Of a DNA stretch of 64,000 bases, positions 50,358 to 60,801 are shown piece after piece. The DNA is from a virus: the IMG/VR virus record IMGVR_UViG_3300020192_000010, positions 1 to 64,000 of that record; one strand, 5' to 3'. A program made the translations under genes and the position numbers. Within the stretch, counting starts at the first letter, position 1. Every line of letters begins with the position of its first letter. The notes under the pieces were generated by a model. The model made no database searches and was not told where the DNA came from. It saw only the letters and a program-made list of their open reading frames with translations.

Positions 50358-53300
50358 TCACGCTCCGGCTACTGGATCTACTATGACCGCCGTATTTACT
50401 GTCGTGTACCCATAGTAATACTCAGTTAAAAACGTTGGATTAAATCCGGAAATTTTGTTATGCTTAATGATAAGTGTTGGGTTCTGTACAAGCAACGAGG
50501 ACGGTACGCGCATAGAAATATGAATCCAGCTTACTGTGTTTTCAGTAATGATTGCAGATCCTGAAAACATCGCCGTGCTAAACGTAGTGGCCGGACGAAC
50601 ACCGGGGACTGTTCCTATTAAGAATATTCCATTGTTCATTCCGGTAAATATGAAGCGGCACGTATTTCCTGATATGATCAAATTGTTATCTTTATCAGTA
50701 ATTGCTGTTGTATTATATACGTTACTTGGTGTAGCCTGACGCGTAAGGTAGTTGATGGCGCCGCATACGTTATTAGTAATTCTGCAGTTTATAGTAGTTA
50801 TAGCATTTCTAGTAGACGTCAGTCCTGTATTGTAATTAGAACTGATTGATATCATCTGGTTTTTATCACAGATGTTTCCATCGATCACGCAATTGGTAAG
50901 TCTGGCCGCAGTCGTGGAAGTAAGTATTGCTGCCGGAGCAGTAAACGCTATTACTGCACGTTTATCATCAGCCGCCCCTGTGTAAACAAATTTATTGTTT
51001 GATATGTTTACATTCTGTAGCGTTGACGTGTTATTTGAGTAATTGAAAACTAAGAATGGATGACGAGCCGCAACTGATGCTGTAAACTCACAATTTTTAA
51101 CTTCAATGTTCTCATTGGTATCAACTTCGCAGAACAAAGCGCCGCTTGTTGAGTTAACTAAGTTGTTGGTAGTGTATGACCCATCTGTCGATGCAACGTA
51201 TACGAATTTGATTCCATCAAACGATACATTGCTTCCTATGTTAAAAACAGTATCTCCTGACAAAGTAAACGTCGCACCGTCTCCGACAAACTTTACCAAA
51301 GTCTCGTAATCAAAAGTATATTCTTCGTCGAACGTAAAGTCGCCACGGACGCGTACCGTGTTGTTGTAGCTGGAGTTAAACTTCAGCCATGTATCAAGTG
51401 ACTCGAATGAGTCGAAGTTTCCAGAGTACTTCTCAGAAGTCCATGTAATAACTGGGGCCGATGAATCATCTTGGATGATTTTACGTGCGTCAGTAACGGT
51501 ATTGCTAAACGATACGCTGCTTATAACGTTAGAGCGCACCAACGCAATGATCGTTAGGTCTTTTCGTTTAACGGCCAAATCTGTAAACGTAGAACAATCA
51601 ATTCCATATGTAGCGGTTGTAATTGGATTGTAAACTGAGATTAAGCGCGTCGTACCAGTAGCAATATTAGAACCTAGTATGTCATAATCTGTAAGAGGTA
51701 TAATTTGAACATCGGACTTGGAGTTGATGCAAACTGCCCATGTTATTTTAGCAACTGGGGCTCCAGCATAGTATTCTTGAACAATCGGAATGCTTGCAAC
51801 GAAATTGTTTATTTCGCTAAACTTACCATTGACCAGAACGAGTCCGCCCTGAAATGTAAGCAGCATCGAGTCGGTCGTGTTGGTGCCGCTTACATAAGTA
51901 AGACCACGAACAACACCATTTTGGTGAGTGAATCGATCGCCAGCGGTAACGAAATCGATAGCCGAGTTAGAGAACTCATTCTCGCTTAGATTTCCAAACT
52001 GTCTTCCGTCACGTAGGTAAATAAGGCGATTAGATAATTCGTTATACAATACGGTGCCTAGAAAAAATACTTCTTGGTCATTCTGTAGAGATTCAAATAG
52101 ATCTATGCTAATGTCAACTGCGGCAAATGTTGCTACGGTATCGGCTAAGTCAAAAACGATGTCAATATAGTCTACGCCGGTTTCGTCGTAGAATCTGGTA
52201 ACCTGTCCTTTTTTACCAGTTACGACGGGACCTACATTAAGAACGCTACTCTTTCCTAGATAACCATCGTACACACCAGTCGTAGTGTTATACGATGTGA
52301 TTCTTAGATTAATAGATCGGATCCCACCGCTGAGGTAGCCGCGCAATTTTGTGGCGACTTTGATTAAATTTGTTTTTACAATCTGTGCGTTGCCGGTACT
52401 CAAATTGTACCGAGCGCGTTCGTGACTAAATGTATGACCGTCTGAGTCGACATAAACTTCAAACAATCGTTTGAATTTATCAGCGGAGGTTGAGTTAGCA
52501 ATGTTAAGTGCGTTGAAGCTGACCGAGTCGTCAGAGAAGTACAACTTAACTGCGATGGCTATTGTGGTGGTAGCGATGGCATTACCAGTCGCATGAACTC
52601 CGTTGTAAACCTCAATCGTTGTCTTGGTACATTCACCGCCGCATATGGTGTATGCGACATCGCTAATGATAAATCGTCCATAATCTACGTCGTTGTATTT
52701 GATATCTGTTTTGGCCAGAGTTGGTTGAACAACAATGGTTTTTCCTGGGCGCAGATCTGCCGTACGCAAATCCATCGGCACTTCATATTTAACCTTAACC
52801 GTCAACGTTGGAATAACTGTCTTAGATAACGTGGTCGCTTCCCAATAACGATCTCCGTACACGTCGGTGTACCCATCGCTAATTGCTCGTAGATTACTCC
52901 GCTCGTTACCATTAACATAATAGTTTTTGCTCTTTAGTGGAACGAAAACTCTTGTTGCCGCTTGAGACTGATTAATATTTACATACGATGTTTTGAACTG
53001 TGGGCTGGCTACGTTAGCACCAGCTACGCCGAAGCCAAACGGGTCAACCGCACCAGTCGTTGCGTCGCCAACTACGTTGTTCACAAAGATGTCTTCAATG
53101 ACATTTCCGCTTACATCGAGTGAGCCGCTTATGATTGAGAAACTTGCATTGCTGATAGAGTCAGCAAGCATGATTCCGATCTCTCCTTTATTTGAGAAGG
53201 CTACGAAACGATAGTTGTATCCCTCTCTACGGAAAGCTGAGTTGATTGACTCGACCACGCTGTCAAGAGTGTATTTGCTTGGAGTAACTCCAAGATTTCC

Positions 53301-54704
53301 CGTCACGTCAATAGCTGGTAGAATTAGTGACTTATCGAAAGGATTTCCAGTTGGGTAAAACTCAAGATACAAATTGTAGTGCTTGCGATTTAGCTTATCT
53401 GCATTGAATCCGATGCCAAGCGCTGCTGCGCCACGCGGATTAGATACCGTTACGCTTGGAATTTCTCCAAAAGAGTTGTTGGCGTGTGAAATGGCCAAAA
53501 CACCAAACTTGTTGTCACTGAATTTTGGTCTATCAATTCTCGCAACAGCGTTTGTGGTGTCGACGAGATTTCGTCCGTTAATACGTACAAGATATGAACG
53601 ATTAGGAGGATTACTTCCGTCGAATGTATAGCTTACAGAGTCGATGACGTATTGCGCTTCTACCGCACCGTAGTTGACAGTAATGATATCGCCGCTACGA
53701 ACTTGTGAGAACAAAGAATCGAAGTAGTAAGTAACGTCTGGTGTTGGAGTGAACTGAATGATATCATCTCCATTAACGTTGTTGTCTATCAGCGTCGATG
53801 CGCCTGCTGTCGCAAGGAAAGTCGTTACGCTTGTAAATGGTACAAGGCCTTGTCCGTACCCGTCGTTAGATAGGATCGTTCCACGACATGTACGAGAAAT
53901 TCCGTTTGTGTGATTGTTCTGCTGATGATTTGCATTAGCTGCGAAGCTGGCCTGGTCTACTGCATCAGCAAACCCTTGCATATCCGCAATCGTTCTTGAA
54001 AGAACAACGAATTCGTCACTGTTGACAGAAATTGCTGCGGCTGGGTGACCGTAGGTGTCACCGTTAGCGCTTGCTGTTCCGGTGGCGTTTTGGTGGTCAA
54101 CCAATTCGTCATTCATGCTGTACAAGAAGGCAGCTAAATTAGAACCACGCAAAGATCCAGTTTTGCTACGTGGGGCAACGCCACTAGGCCAAGAATATGC
54201 TCCGTCTCGGCTGTCGGTTGGCTCATCATTGATATCGATATGTGACACTACGTGACGAGCATTGGCCGAAGAAGATAAAGGATTCTGACCGTTGAGGTGC
54301 TTGAGGAAGTCCAAGCTAAGACTTGCCGTGATATCGATAATGTTATCAACGTCTGTCTGAACTGCCTGAATATCGTTGTACAGCGACTGCGTCGAATATG
54401 TAAGCGACAGCTTCGACTCAACAATACCTGCTGTAGGTGATACGTCAGCATTCGCTACGGGTCCGACTATGGCTCCAGCTGCGACAATGGCAGAGGATTT
54501 TAGTGCGCCGCTGGCCTCTATCGACACGCCAAGACGATCGAACAGTGTTCCGGCTGAACCAGATAGTGTTAGACCTAATTCTTGTTCGATGGCAAAAACA
54601 GCATCACGCAGCTGGTTAATGGCCAAGGCACCAATATCAGTAAGGTTATCATCTACTCTTATAATAGATGCGTCGTCGTCTAGTTGGTTTGGATAATTGC
54701 TCAT
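50358..54704 (-). CDS. Large tailspike/fibre with C-terminal right-handed beta-helix
   Basis: 1448 aa; SNYPNQLDD...INQLRDAVFAIEQELG attachment-type N-terminus; pectin-lyase-like repeats at the C-terminus. Confidence 0.7.
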   Translation of the reverse strand: MSNYPNQLDDDASIIRVDDNLTDIGALAINQLRDAVFAIEQELGLTLSGSAGTLFDRLGVSIEASGALKSSAIVAAGAIVGPVANADVSPTAGIVESKLSLTYSTQSLYNDIQAVQTDVDNIIDITASLSLDFLKHLNGQNPLSSSANARHVVSHIDINDEPTDSRDGAYSWPSGVAPRSKTGSLRGSNLAAFLYSMNDELVDHQNATGTASANGDTYGHPAAAISVNSDEFVVLSRTIADMQGFADAVDQASFAANANHQQNNHTNGISRTCRGTILSNDGYGQGLVPFTSVTTFLATAGASTLIDNNVNGDDIIQFTPTPDVTYYFDSLFSQVRSGDIITVNYGAVEAQYVIDSVSYTFDGSNPPNRSYLVRINGRNLVDTTNAVARIDRPKFSDNKFGVLAISHANNSFGEIPSVTVSNPRGAAALGIGFNADKLNRKHYNLYLEFYPTGNPFDKSLILPAIDVTGNLGVTPSKYTLDSVVESINSAFRREGYNYRFVAFSNKGEIGIMLADSISNASFSIISGSLDVSGNVIEDIFVNNVVGDATTGAVDPFGFGVAGANVASPQFKTSYVNINQSQAATRVFVPLKSKNYYVNGNERSNLRAISDGYTDVYGDRYWEATTLSKTVIPTLTVKVKYEVPMDLRTADLRPGKTIVVQPTLAKTDIKYNDVDYGRFIISDVAYTICGGECTKTTIEVYNGVHATGNAIATTTIAIAVKLYFSDDSVSFNALNIANSTSADKFKRLFEVYVDSDGHTFSHERARYNLSTGNAQIVKTNLIKVATKLRGYLSGGIRSINLRITSYNTTTGVYDGYLGKSSVLNVGPVVTGKKGQVTRFYDETGVDYIDIVFDLADTVATFAAVDISIDLFESLQNDQEVFFLGTVLYNELSNRLIYLRDGRQFGNLSENEFSNSAIDFVTAGDRFTHQNGVVRGLTYVSGTNTTDSMLLTFQGGLVLVNGKFSEINNFVASIPIVQEYYAGAPVAKITWAVCINSKSDVQIIPLTDYDILGSNIATGTTRLISVYNPITTATYGIDCSTFTDLAVKRKDLTIIALVRSNVISSVSFSNTVTDARKIIQDDSSAPVITWTSEKYSGNFDSFESLDTWLKFNSSYNNTVRVRGDFTFDEEYTFDYETLVKFVGDGATFTLSGDTVFNIGSNVSFDGIKFVYVASTDGSYTTNNLVNSTSGALFCEVDTNENIEVKNCEFTASVAARHPFLVFNYSNNTSTLQNVNISNNKFVYTGAADDKRAVIAFTAPAAILTSTTAARLTNCVIDGNICDKNQMISISSNYNTGLTSTRNAITTINCRITNNVCGAINYLTRQATPSNVYNTTAITDKDNNLIISGNTCRFIFTGMNNGIFLIGTVPGVRPATTFSTAMFSGSAIITENTVSWIHISMRVPSSLLVQNPTLIIKHNKISGFNPTFLTEYYYGYTTVNTAVIVDPVAGA

Positions 54705-54793
54705 ATCTCACCATGAAAGGGTTTACCAACAAATGCCGGAATACTCCCTATGCACTATAACGAAGACATTACTTTGCATAAAGTAAAATGGAT

Positions 54794-55231
54794 TTATTCA
54801 GGCAGATTATCTGGAGGAGACGGAGCCTTCGTTTGATCCGTTGTAGTTCTACGGTCTTCGCCTTCTACTGGTGTGCGCTTACGATATCCATCAAGCTTTT
54901 CTTTCAAAAAACTGCTGGCTACTCGATAAACAAGGCCACTGAGTAGTCCTGCAATGAATCCAATCATTATTCTTGAATCACGATGCTCTCCCCATCCTTC
55001 TGGATAAGGTAAACCTTTAGCAAAGGCTGTTATTAGGACGCCAGTAAATAGTGGTGAGATTGGAAGAAATAAATCGGTCCAAATTTTGGATGTCTTTGAC
55101 GCCGGAACCTTAGGGTTATCAAGAACAAATTCCGTAATTCTACGAAGAATTTCGTTGATGCCTGCGATAGCTAGGCAAAGACTAATAAATTGTAAACTGA
55201 AAAGCGCTGTTAATGATTGTTCTAGTTCCAT
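54794..55231 (-). CDS. Holin-like membrane protein
   Basis: 145 aa with three hydrophobic segments and a charged C-terminal tail. Confidence 0.55.
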   Translation of the reverse strand: MELEQSLTALFSLQFISLCLAIAGINEILRRITEFVLDNPKVPASKTSKIWTDLFLPISPLFTGVLITAFAKGLPYPEGWGEHRDSRIMIGFIAGLLSGLVYRVASSFLKEKLDGYRKRTPVEGEDRRTTTDQTKAPSPPDNLPE

Positions 55232-55275
55232 GTTAGTATCCTACCAGGATGGCCTACTAGTAGTAGTGCCGTAAA

Positions 55276-57339
55276 TTATGTCGTCTTTGCTACATGCCAT
55301 GGCCAATTTCCAGACTGCATAAATGAATTATATGCATTGGCGTTTCCGCTACCTAAACTTATAGCTGGAACAGCCTCGGTACTTTCTTTAACATCACCAA
55401 GAGTTTTAAGATAAGCTCTATTTACTGTTCTGTGAATTGATGTAACGGCCCCGGCGGTCACGGCCGTGCGGCCACCTAAAATATAAAAATCGTTTTCGCT
55501 GTACAAAGCGTTGGCACCAGCAATAGTGGTTGCTCCTGGAGAAAAATTACCTAATGATTTAAAATTAGATACACCTCCTGCCAATTCAGATATTAAACAT
55601 GCCTGTATAGTGCCGATATTTGTATATCCGGTAGATGTTCCACCTATAAGGTATAAATAATTATTGCTCATCACCATTACATGATCGGCTGACGCCGTTG
55701 CAAGAGCTGTAACTGAAATCCAATTCGTGCTTCCGCTTTCGTTAAGCTCTGTCAAAAGGCTTCGGTATACTACTGAGCTTGATGCCCCAGGAGTACCGCC
55801 AGAAATAGTCGTACATCCTCCAAACAAATAAACATAGTTACCAATCACTGCCAAACTATATCGTGACAGCGCGGTCGGGAGAGTGCTATTAGAGGTTTTC
55901 CACTGCGTAGGAGCTGTTATTGGTGCAAGAGCAACGCCATTGCCAATAACATTTCCATAATCATCGCCACCAACAACATAAATGTATCCATTATGGATGA
56001 AACATTTGTTGTGAGCTATTGAGGGACCGCCGCTTGCGGCGGCCTCTGTGATTGTGGTTGGGCTTGACACTGGTGCACTAAAAACTTTAGTCGTAAAAGT
56101 TGACGTAGCTGTAATGCCCCCAAAAAACCAAATAGTATCGTCTATGCGTACACAATTCCACCCACCAACCGGTGTTGCTAATGCGGTGGTAGTAGTGTTA
56201 AACTTTGCCGGGCCTCGACTAGAGGCGGTTGCTCCATGAAAAGAACAACTTTGTATAACGCCCGCAGTTGGTAATCCGCTAGCTACGTTATGTCCTCCGT
56301 ACATATAGTACGTATCACCTATACCTATTGAAGCGTAACCCCAACGGCCATTAGGAAGCGATCTGGTAGCAGTTGTGAATGGAGACCCAACAGCATTATC
56401 CAAATCGGCTACTGATACTTCGTATACCAATACGGAGGTTTGTCCGCCGTACACGTACAATATACCATTAATTTCTTGAACAGTTGTATTTGATCTGGCT
56501 CTCGAAGTGTTGTATGCCAAAGTGAATGTAACACCATCATTTATTGAGCTTTTGTAAATGTCATCGTTTGGTGTGCCTCCGCCATTGCCGCCGATAAGAT
56601 AAATATAGTTAGCGCTTACAAACGCGGTTCTTGATTGCGTATTGTTTGGCAAACTACCAGGATTCGTCCAAGTAAGCGGGGCGCCTATGCTTGCCTGAAA
56701 AATAAGTCCATTTTCAATGGCACCAGCTCTTCCGCCATACAAAAATAAATTGGTTGGCGTTACGGCCAATGTCATTTTTATGCATTCTGATGGAAGCACG
56801 GATCCAGAATCGGTAAATACTGTAGGCGTAGAGGTGCTGGCCGTAAGAATTTTGGCACCATTACCATCTTCCGCGCCTGATCCAAAAATGTAAATTGTGC
56901 TACCAACAACGCAAGCATTTGAGCCGCCTACCGCAAATGGCAGCGTATCAGACATCAAATTCCACGACTCTGGAAAATCTAAAGAAGCTCTCCAAATTTC
57001 AGTCGAAGTGTTTCCGTAAATATAAACGTAATTTCCAACTATTAATAGCGTCCCAGCAACGTGTGTTGTTGCGGCTTGATAATTTGCTCTGTTGCCGGTT
57101 TTTACAAGATTAGTCGGATCTGAAAGAGGTGCTTTATAAACAAGCCAACCACCGTTCGTTCCAGTATTACCTTCTAATACGTAAACATAGTCACCAGCTA
57201 TGTAACTTAAATGCTTAGTATTACTAGTTGACGCCGTTGTTAATAATTCAGTCGTAAGATTGACGTAACTAGTTTGGCCTGGAGCAGCAATCATGCTACC
57301 TTGATTTGTGTCTACAACATATTTTCCGTCATAAGTCAT
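55276..57339 (-). CDS. Kelch-repeat (probable double beta-propeller) virion protein
   Basis: About 12 repeats of YIYxxGG...W. Confidence 0.8.
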   Translation of the reverse strand: MTYDGKYVVDTNQGSMIAAPGQTSYVNLTTELLTTASTSNTKHLSYIAGDYVYVLEGNTGTNGGWLVYKAPLSDPTNLVKTGNRANYQAATTHVAGTLLIVGNYVYIYGNTSTEIWRASLDFPESWNLMSDTLPFAVGGSNACVVGSTIYIFGSGAEDGNGAKILTASTSTPTVFTDSGSVLPSECIKMTLAVTPTNLFLYGGRAGAIENGLIFQASIGAPLTWTNPGSLPNNTQSRTAFVSANYIYLIGGNGGGTPNDDIYKSSINDGVTFTLAYNTSRARSNTTVQEINGILYVYGGQTSVLVYEVSVADLDNAVGSPFTTATRSLPNGRWGYASIGIGDTYYMYGGHNVASGLPTAGVIQSCSFHGATASSRGPAKFNTTTTALATPVGGWNCVRIDDTIWFFGGITATSTFTTKVFSAPVSSPTTITEAAASGGPSIAHNKCFIHNGYIYVVGGDDYGNVIGNGVALAPITAPTQWKTSNSTLPTALSRYSLAVIGNYVYLFGGCTTISGGTPGASSSVVYRSLLTELNESGSTNWISVTALATASADHVMVMSNNYLYLIGGTSTGYTNIGTIQACLISELAGGVSNFKSLGNFSPGATTIAGANALYSENDFYILGGRTAVTAGAVTSIHRTVNRAYLKTLGDVKESTEAVPAISLGSGNANAYNSFMQSGNWPWHVAKTT

Positions 57340-57348
57340 AAAATTTCC

Positions 57349-59196
57349 TTAAATTAGAAGCCAATTAGATCCGTTACTTACAAGCGTCCAAGATGCCCAA
57401 TCAACAGAAATAGTTCTGTCACCTGCGTAATCATCTATATTACCAGTGGCGCCGTTTCTTACCAACGTAATGTTATTTACTGATGAGTTTCCACCAGAGT
57501 CTTTTATAATTACCATTCGCCCTGCTGAGTGTGCTGGTAGCGTTATCGAAATAGCTAACGCAGATGTGTCAACAAACAGTATAAATTGTGTAGTTATTAC
57601 TAAATCGCCAGAAACTGCTACAGTCGATACCGTTTGAGATCCTGTTAGCGTTAAATCGCTGCCAGCCAACGTTGCAGCTCCTGTAGACGTAATAGACGTA
57701 GCTCCTGTAGACGTAATAGACGTAGTTCCTGTAGACGTAACGGATGTATTACCAGTAACGGTAGCTGTTAATCCAGCTGCGGCCGTGACAGCTGCTGTAT
57801 CTGCCGTGATAGCAACTGCGCCGGTTGCAGTCATCGTAAGAGTGCTGGCCAATACTGTAGCGGCAGCTGTCGCTACGCCGAGGGCCGTAACCGACTCCGA
57901 AACTTCAAACAACGACACACCAGGTGTCACGCTTATTTTGTACCCATATGCGTCGTCGAATGTATTACCAACTGTCATCAGTACGCATTTTGAACTGATA
58001 GCCCCAGCAATACCGGCATTGAAATCAATAATAACAGGCGTATAGGCAGAGTTATCCGGTTTGTCGCTTGCCAATACGTTATTTGAAATTACAATCTTGC
58101 TTTTTCCTTGAACGGTGGTGGTATCGCTTGTGAAAGCGTCGATATACACAAGGGCTAATAGATCAGTGTCGGTTAAGATATAGTTTGAACTAATATCGAT
58201 GTTACATCCATTAGCAAAAATAACGTTGCTATTCTCAGCATCAACCGTTCCGCCAACAGGCCCGAAATTACGTACTCTATTGTTCTTAAACGAGAAGTAA
58301 TCGAGCGTGCCTTTCAAAACGGAGTAATCGATTGTGCGATTGAATCCATCAAACTGACATCCTTTGACATCGAGATTGGTTGAATAGTTGGAACCGGAAG
58401 AGTAATCGATCGAAATTGCAGAGTAAGTAGTTTGTGTTGGCGTTCCGCTTCCTGAACGTCCGAAGAACACTACTCCTTCGCACTCAAGGCCACCGCCGCG
58501 TTCCAAAGAAACAAGTGGAGACGCTAAATTCTGTACTGTACGATATGCGGTATCGCCTAGGAATGCTGGCTTCAGATAGTTGTCTGAGATGATCAGGTTG
58601 ATCATCTTGACGCCCTTGCTAGTTAAAAACGGGTCATACGTCGTGACAGAGCTGACAACCGCTTTGTCTTCTGATCTGTCGATGTCGCCTTTGACCAGGA
58701 ACATTGGCAATTCAGCTGCGACTCGTGGTGAAGTAGGATCCAATACAGTCGTGTTGACTAGCTTGGTACCGAAGCCTTCCCCCATAAGTATGATGCCTGC
58801 TGGGATTTCTACTGTTTTGCCGATCTTATGTGTTCCGGACTTGATAACGATAATACCACCGTTTTTGATACGATCATATTTTGGGTTGGAAACGTTTGTC
58901 AGAACATCTGTCAACTCGATATCCAGGTTGGCTACCGAATCATCAAATACTCCTGTTGACCAAACATCTGTATCGGCCCCTACAGTTACGAAGAAGTCGA
59001 AATTCAAAATATTATCATTAAGAGCTGCTAGCGCTTCGCTAACATACCCGGCAGTGATTCCGACGAGGGGCTCTGACAAAAGTATATCATTATCACTGTG
59101 ATGACGGTTGACGCCATTTACGTGATCCTCGAAATCATAGCGATTTGTAGCTAATTTGCCTACTCCGCTGTTTTTATTAAAGTTAGGACCAGTCAT
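57349..59196 (-). CDS. Tail fibre/spike protein with beta-helix and Thr-rich repeats
   Basis: GIILMGEGFGT pectin-lyase-like start, TSITSTGA repeats, and an ITLPA...IIKD...LVSNGSNW fibre tip. Confidence 0.7.
   Translation of the reverse strand: MTGPNFNKNSGVGKLATNRYDFEDHVNGVNRHHSDNDILLSEPLVGITAGYVSEALAALNDNILNFDFFVTVGADTDVWSTGVFDDSVANLDIELTDVLTNVSNPKYDRIKNGGIIVIKSGTHKIGKTVEIPAGIILMGEGFGTKLVNTTVLDPTSPRVAAELPMFLVKGDIDRSEDKAVVSSVTTYDPFLTSKGVKMINLIISDNYLKPAFLGDTAYRTVQNLASPLVSLERGGGLECEGVVFFGRSGSGTPTQTTYSAISIDYSSGSNYSTNLDVKGCQFDGFNRTIDYSVLKGTLDYFSFKNNRVRNFGPVGGTVDAENSNVIFANGCNIDISSNYILTDTDLLALVYIDAFTSDTTTVQGKSKIVISNNVLASDKPDNSAYTPVIIDFNAGIAGAISSKCVLMTVGNTFDDAYGYKISVTPGVSLFEVSESVTALGVATAAATVLASTLTMTATGAVAITADTAAVTAAAGLTATVTGNTSVTSTGTTSITSTGATSITSTGAATLAGSDLTLTGSQTVSTVAVSGDLVITTQFILFVDTSALAISITLPAHSAGRMVIIKDSGGNSSVNNITLVRNGATGNIDDYAGDRTISVDWASWTLVSNGSNWLLI
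57677..57740. repeat. 24-bp tandem repeat (about 2.7 copies) encoding TSITSTGA
   Basis: GCTCCTGTAGACGTAATAGACGTA twice, then GTTCCTGTAGACGTAA. Confidence 0.9.
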
Positions 59197-59226
59197 ACAA
59201 TCTCCGTAAATTATGCTTAAATATTG

Positions 59227-60789
59227 TCAAGGCAGGATCACTTCATGTGTATGGCCCAAAGCTTCCTGAACTATGCCATCCACGACGCTGTGCGAGTGGC
59301 CCTGTGCCATCCCTGTGATTTGGTTAACATCTTCTATTCCAAACGTATCCTCATTGATAACAATTACGTGACGATGTGGAAGAATACTTGGCGCCTGAGC
59401 CAATGTTGTAAAAATCTTTGAAGGAAGCAGCTCAGTATTACGGAAAGATCTGATCTGATAAGCCGGGTCTGTCTTGCGAATTCTCTGAACCCTAAACTTC
59501 TGACCACCCATTAGACTTTGAAGCAATCTATTTCTAGTTACGCTCAATACTTCATAGCGAAATTCTTCATTGCCATCTTGGTCAAATCTGATGATGATGT
59601 CTCTGTTTTTTATTGTCGGTACCGTTAGTGTCCATACATCAAAAATGGCCTCAGATTCAAATCCAGTCTCTGTCGATTTAACTGCGTCCTCTGCTGGAGA
59701 AAACTTCACGAAAATTCTACTATCAGAACGACGTGGATTGAAATACTGTTGCCATCCAACAACAAACCCGGTTCCAAAACACTTAGTGCATCGATCATCC
59801 GGACTTTCGTTTGAAGGCAAGAAACACTTGCAACGATAACCTGTACGCTGCTTAGTCAAAAGCACAACCGGCTCACCATCTATGTTGAGCAGCATCTCTT
59901 GACGTTGATTATTTTGCTCTTGGACACTCATTCCACGAAGAGTTTGACCTACTCCGTTGTATCCATCAGCACAATATTGTTCTCCACCTATGTAACTACC
60001 AACGCATTCTCCATTTAGAAGTTGAACCGGGTCGGTTCGATGCCATCCTGCATAGTCGTAAGGTTGAAATCCGACGTTGTACTGATCGCTTGAGGTCAAA
60101 TCTACTGTAAGTATATCTTTAACAACTTGTTTGTATCCGTCTGTGACGGTGTACGGATAATGATCGATATCGATTCGACACTGGGCGTGATATACGCGCG
60201 GGTTACGCTCTTCTTCACCGATGAAGAACGTCAATGTCGGGCTCCATGTCAGCTCGCCATTGTATCCGTCCGTATTATGGATCGTGGCGGTGGTACCGTT
60301 GTAACCGCGCTCAGCTAAAGTTAATGAATTTCCAGTTACAGAACCGTATCGGATCAACTCTGTACCAGCCAGCACAACTCCAAATGCTGGGAAGTCTGTC
60401 CCGTCAATGATAGGGATTGTAGTTTGTACTTCGTCAATATCTGATGATAGTATGGTGGTTGGCAGAAGGAGAAGATCATCTTGGTACGGCACTAAAGCAG
60501 ATGTGTCTAGCACATTTTCAATATACTCAACGGCACGCACTGCGAAATAATAAACGGTACCTGGCGTAAATCCAGTGATGGTTGCCTGGTTGGTATATGT
60601 AAGGACTACAAACTTAGGGCCTTCAGAAAAGATCGTTCGCTCTGTTTCGGAAAAATATATGTGGTAAGCTATTTTGTTTGTTCTGGTTGTCGGAAATGCT
60701 GTAGCCCAACGCACAGTTATACCGTCACCATCGTTTAAAGCGATCGTTTCGGTAATGCCTGCTATGTTTGGATTAAGATAATATGACAT
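59227..60789 (-). CDS. Neck/head-closure-like protein with FN3-like N-terminus and zinc motif
   Basis: FTPGTVYYFAVRA (FN3-like), CKC...CTKCFGTG, RYEVLSV and a His-rich C-terminus. Confidence 0.55.
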   Translation of the reverse strand: MSYYLNPNIAGITETIALNDGDGITVRWATAFPTTRTNKIAYHIYFSETERTIFSEGPKFVVLTYTNQATITGFTPGTVYYFAVRAVEYIENVLDTSALVPYQDDLLLLPTTILSSDIDEVQTTIPIIDGTDFPAFGVVLAGTELIRYGSVTGNSLTLAERGYNGTTATIHNTDGYNGELTWSPTLTFFIGEEERNPRVYHAQCRIDIDHYPYTVTDGYKQVVKDILTVDLTSSDQYNVGFQPYDYAGWHRTDPVQLLNGECVGSYIGGEQYCADGYNGVGQTLRGMSVQEQNNQRQEMLLNIDGEPVVLLTKQRTGYRCKCFLPSNESPDDRCTKCFGTGFVVGWQQYFNPRRSDSRIFVKFSPAEDAVKSTETGFESEAIFDVWTLTVPTIKNRDIIIRFDQDGNEEFRYEVLSVTRNRLLQSLMGGQKFRVQRIRKTDPAYQIRSFRNTELLPSKIFTTLAQAPSILPHRHVIVINEDTFGIEDVNQITGMAQGHSHSVVDGIVQEALGHTHEVILP

Positions 60790-60801
60790 CGGTACCTTCG
60801 A

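Noticed and set aside
48315-54704. Genome-wide TGA reassignment suggested by the in-frame TGA junctions
   Set aside because: Many genes end at TGA with ATGA overlaps or at natural protein ends (dnaB, SF2 helicase, GT2, rmlB), and long ORFs are intact under the standard code.
57677-57740. CRISPR-like repeat
   Set aside because: The units are directly tandem without spacers and encode an in-frame 8-aa repeat.
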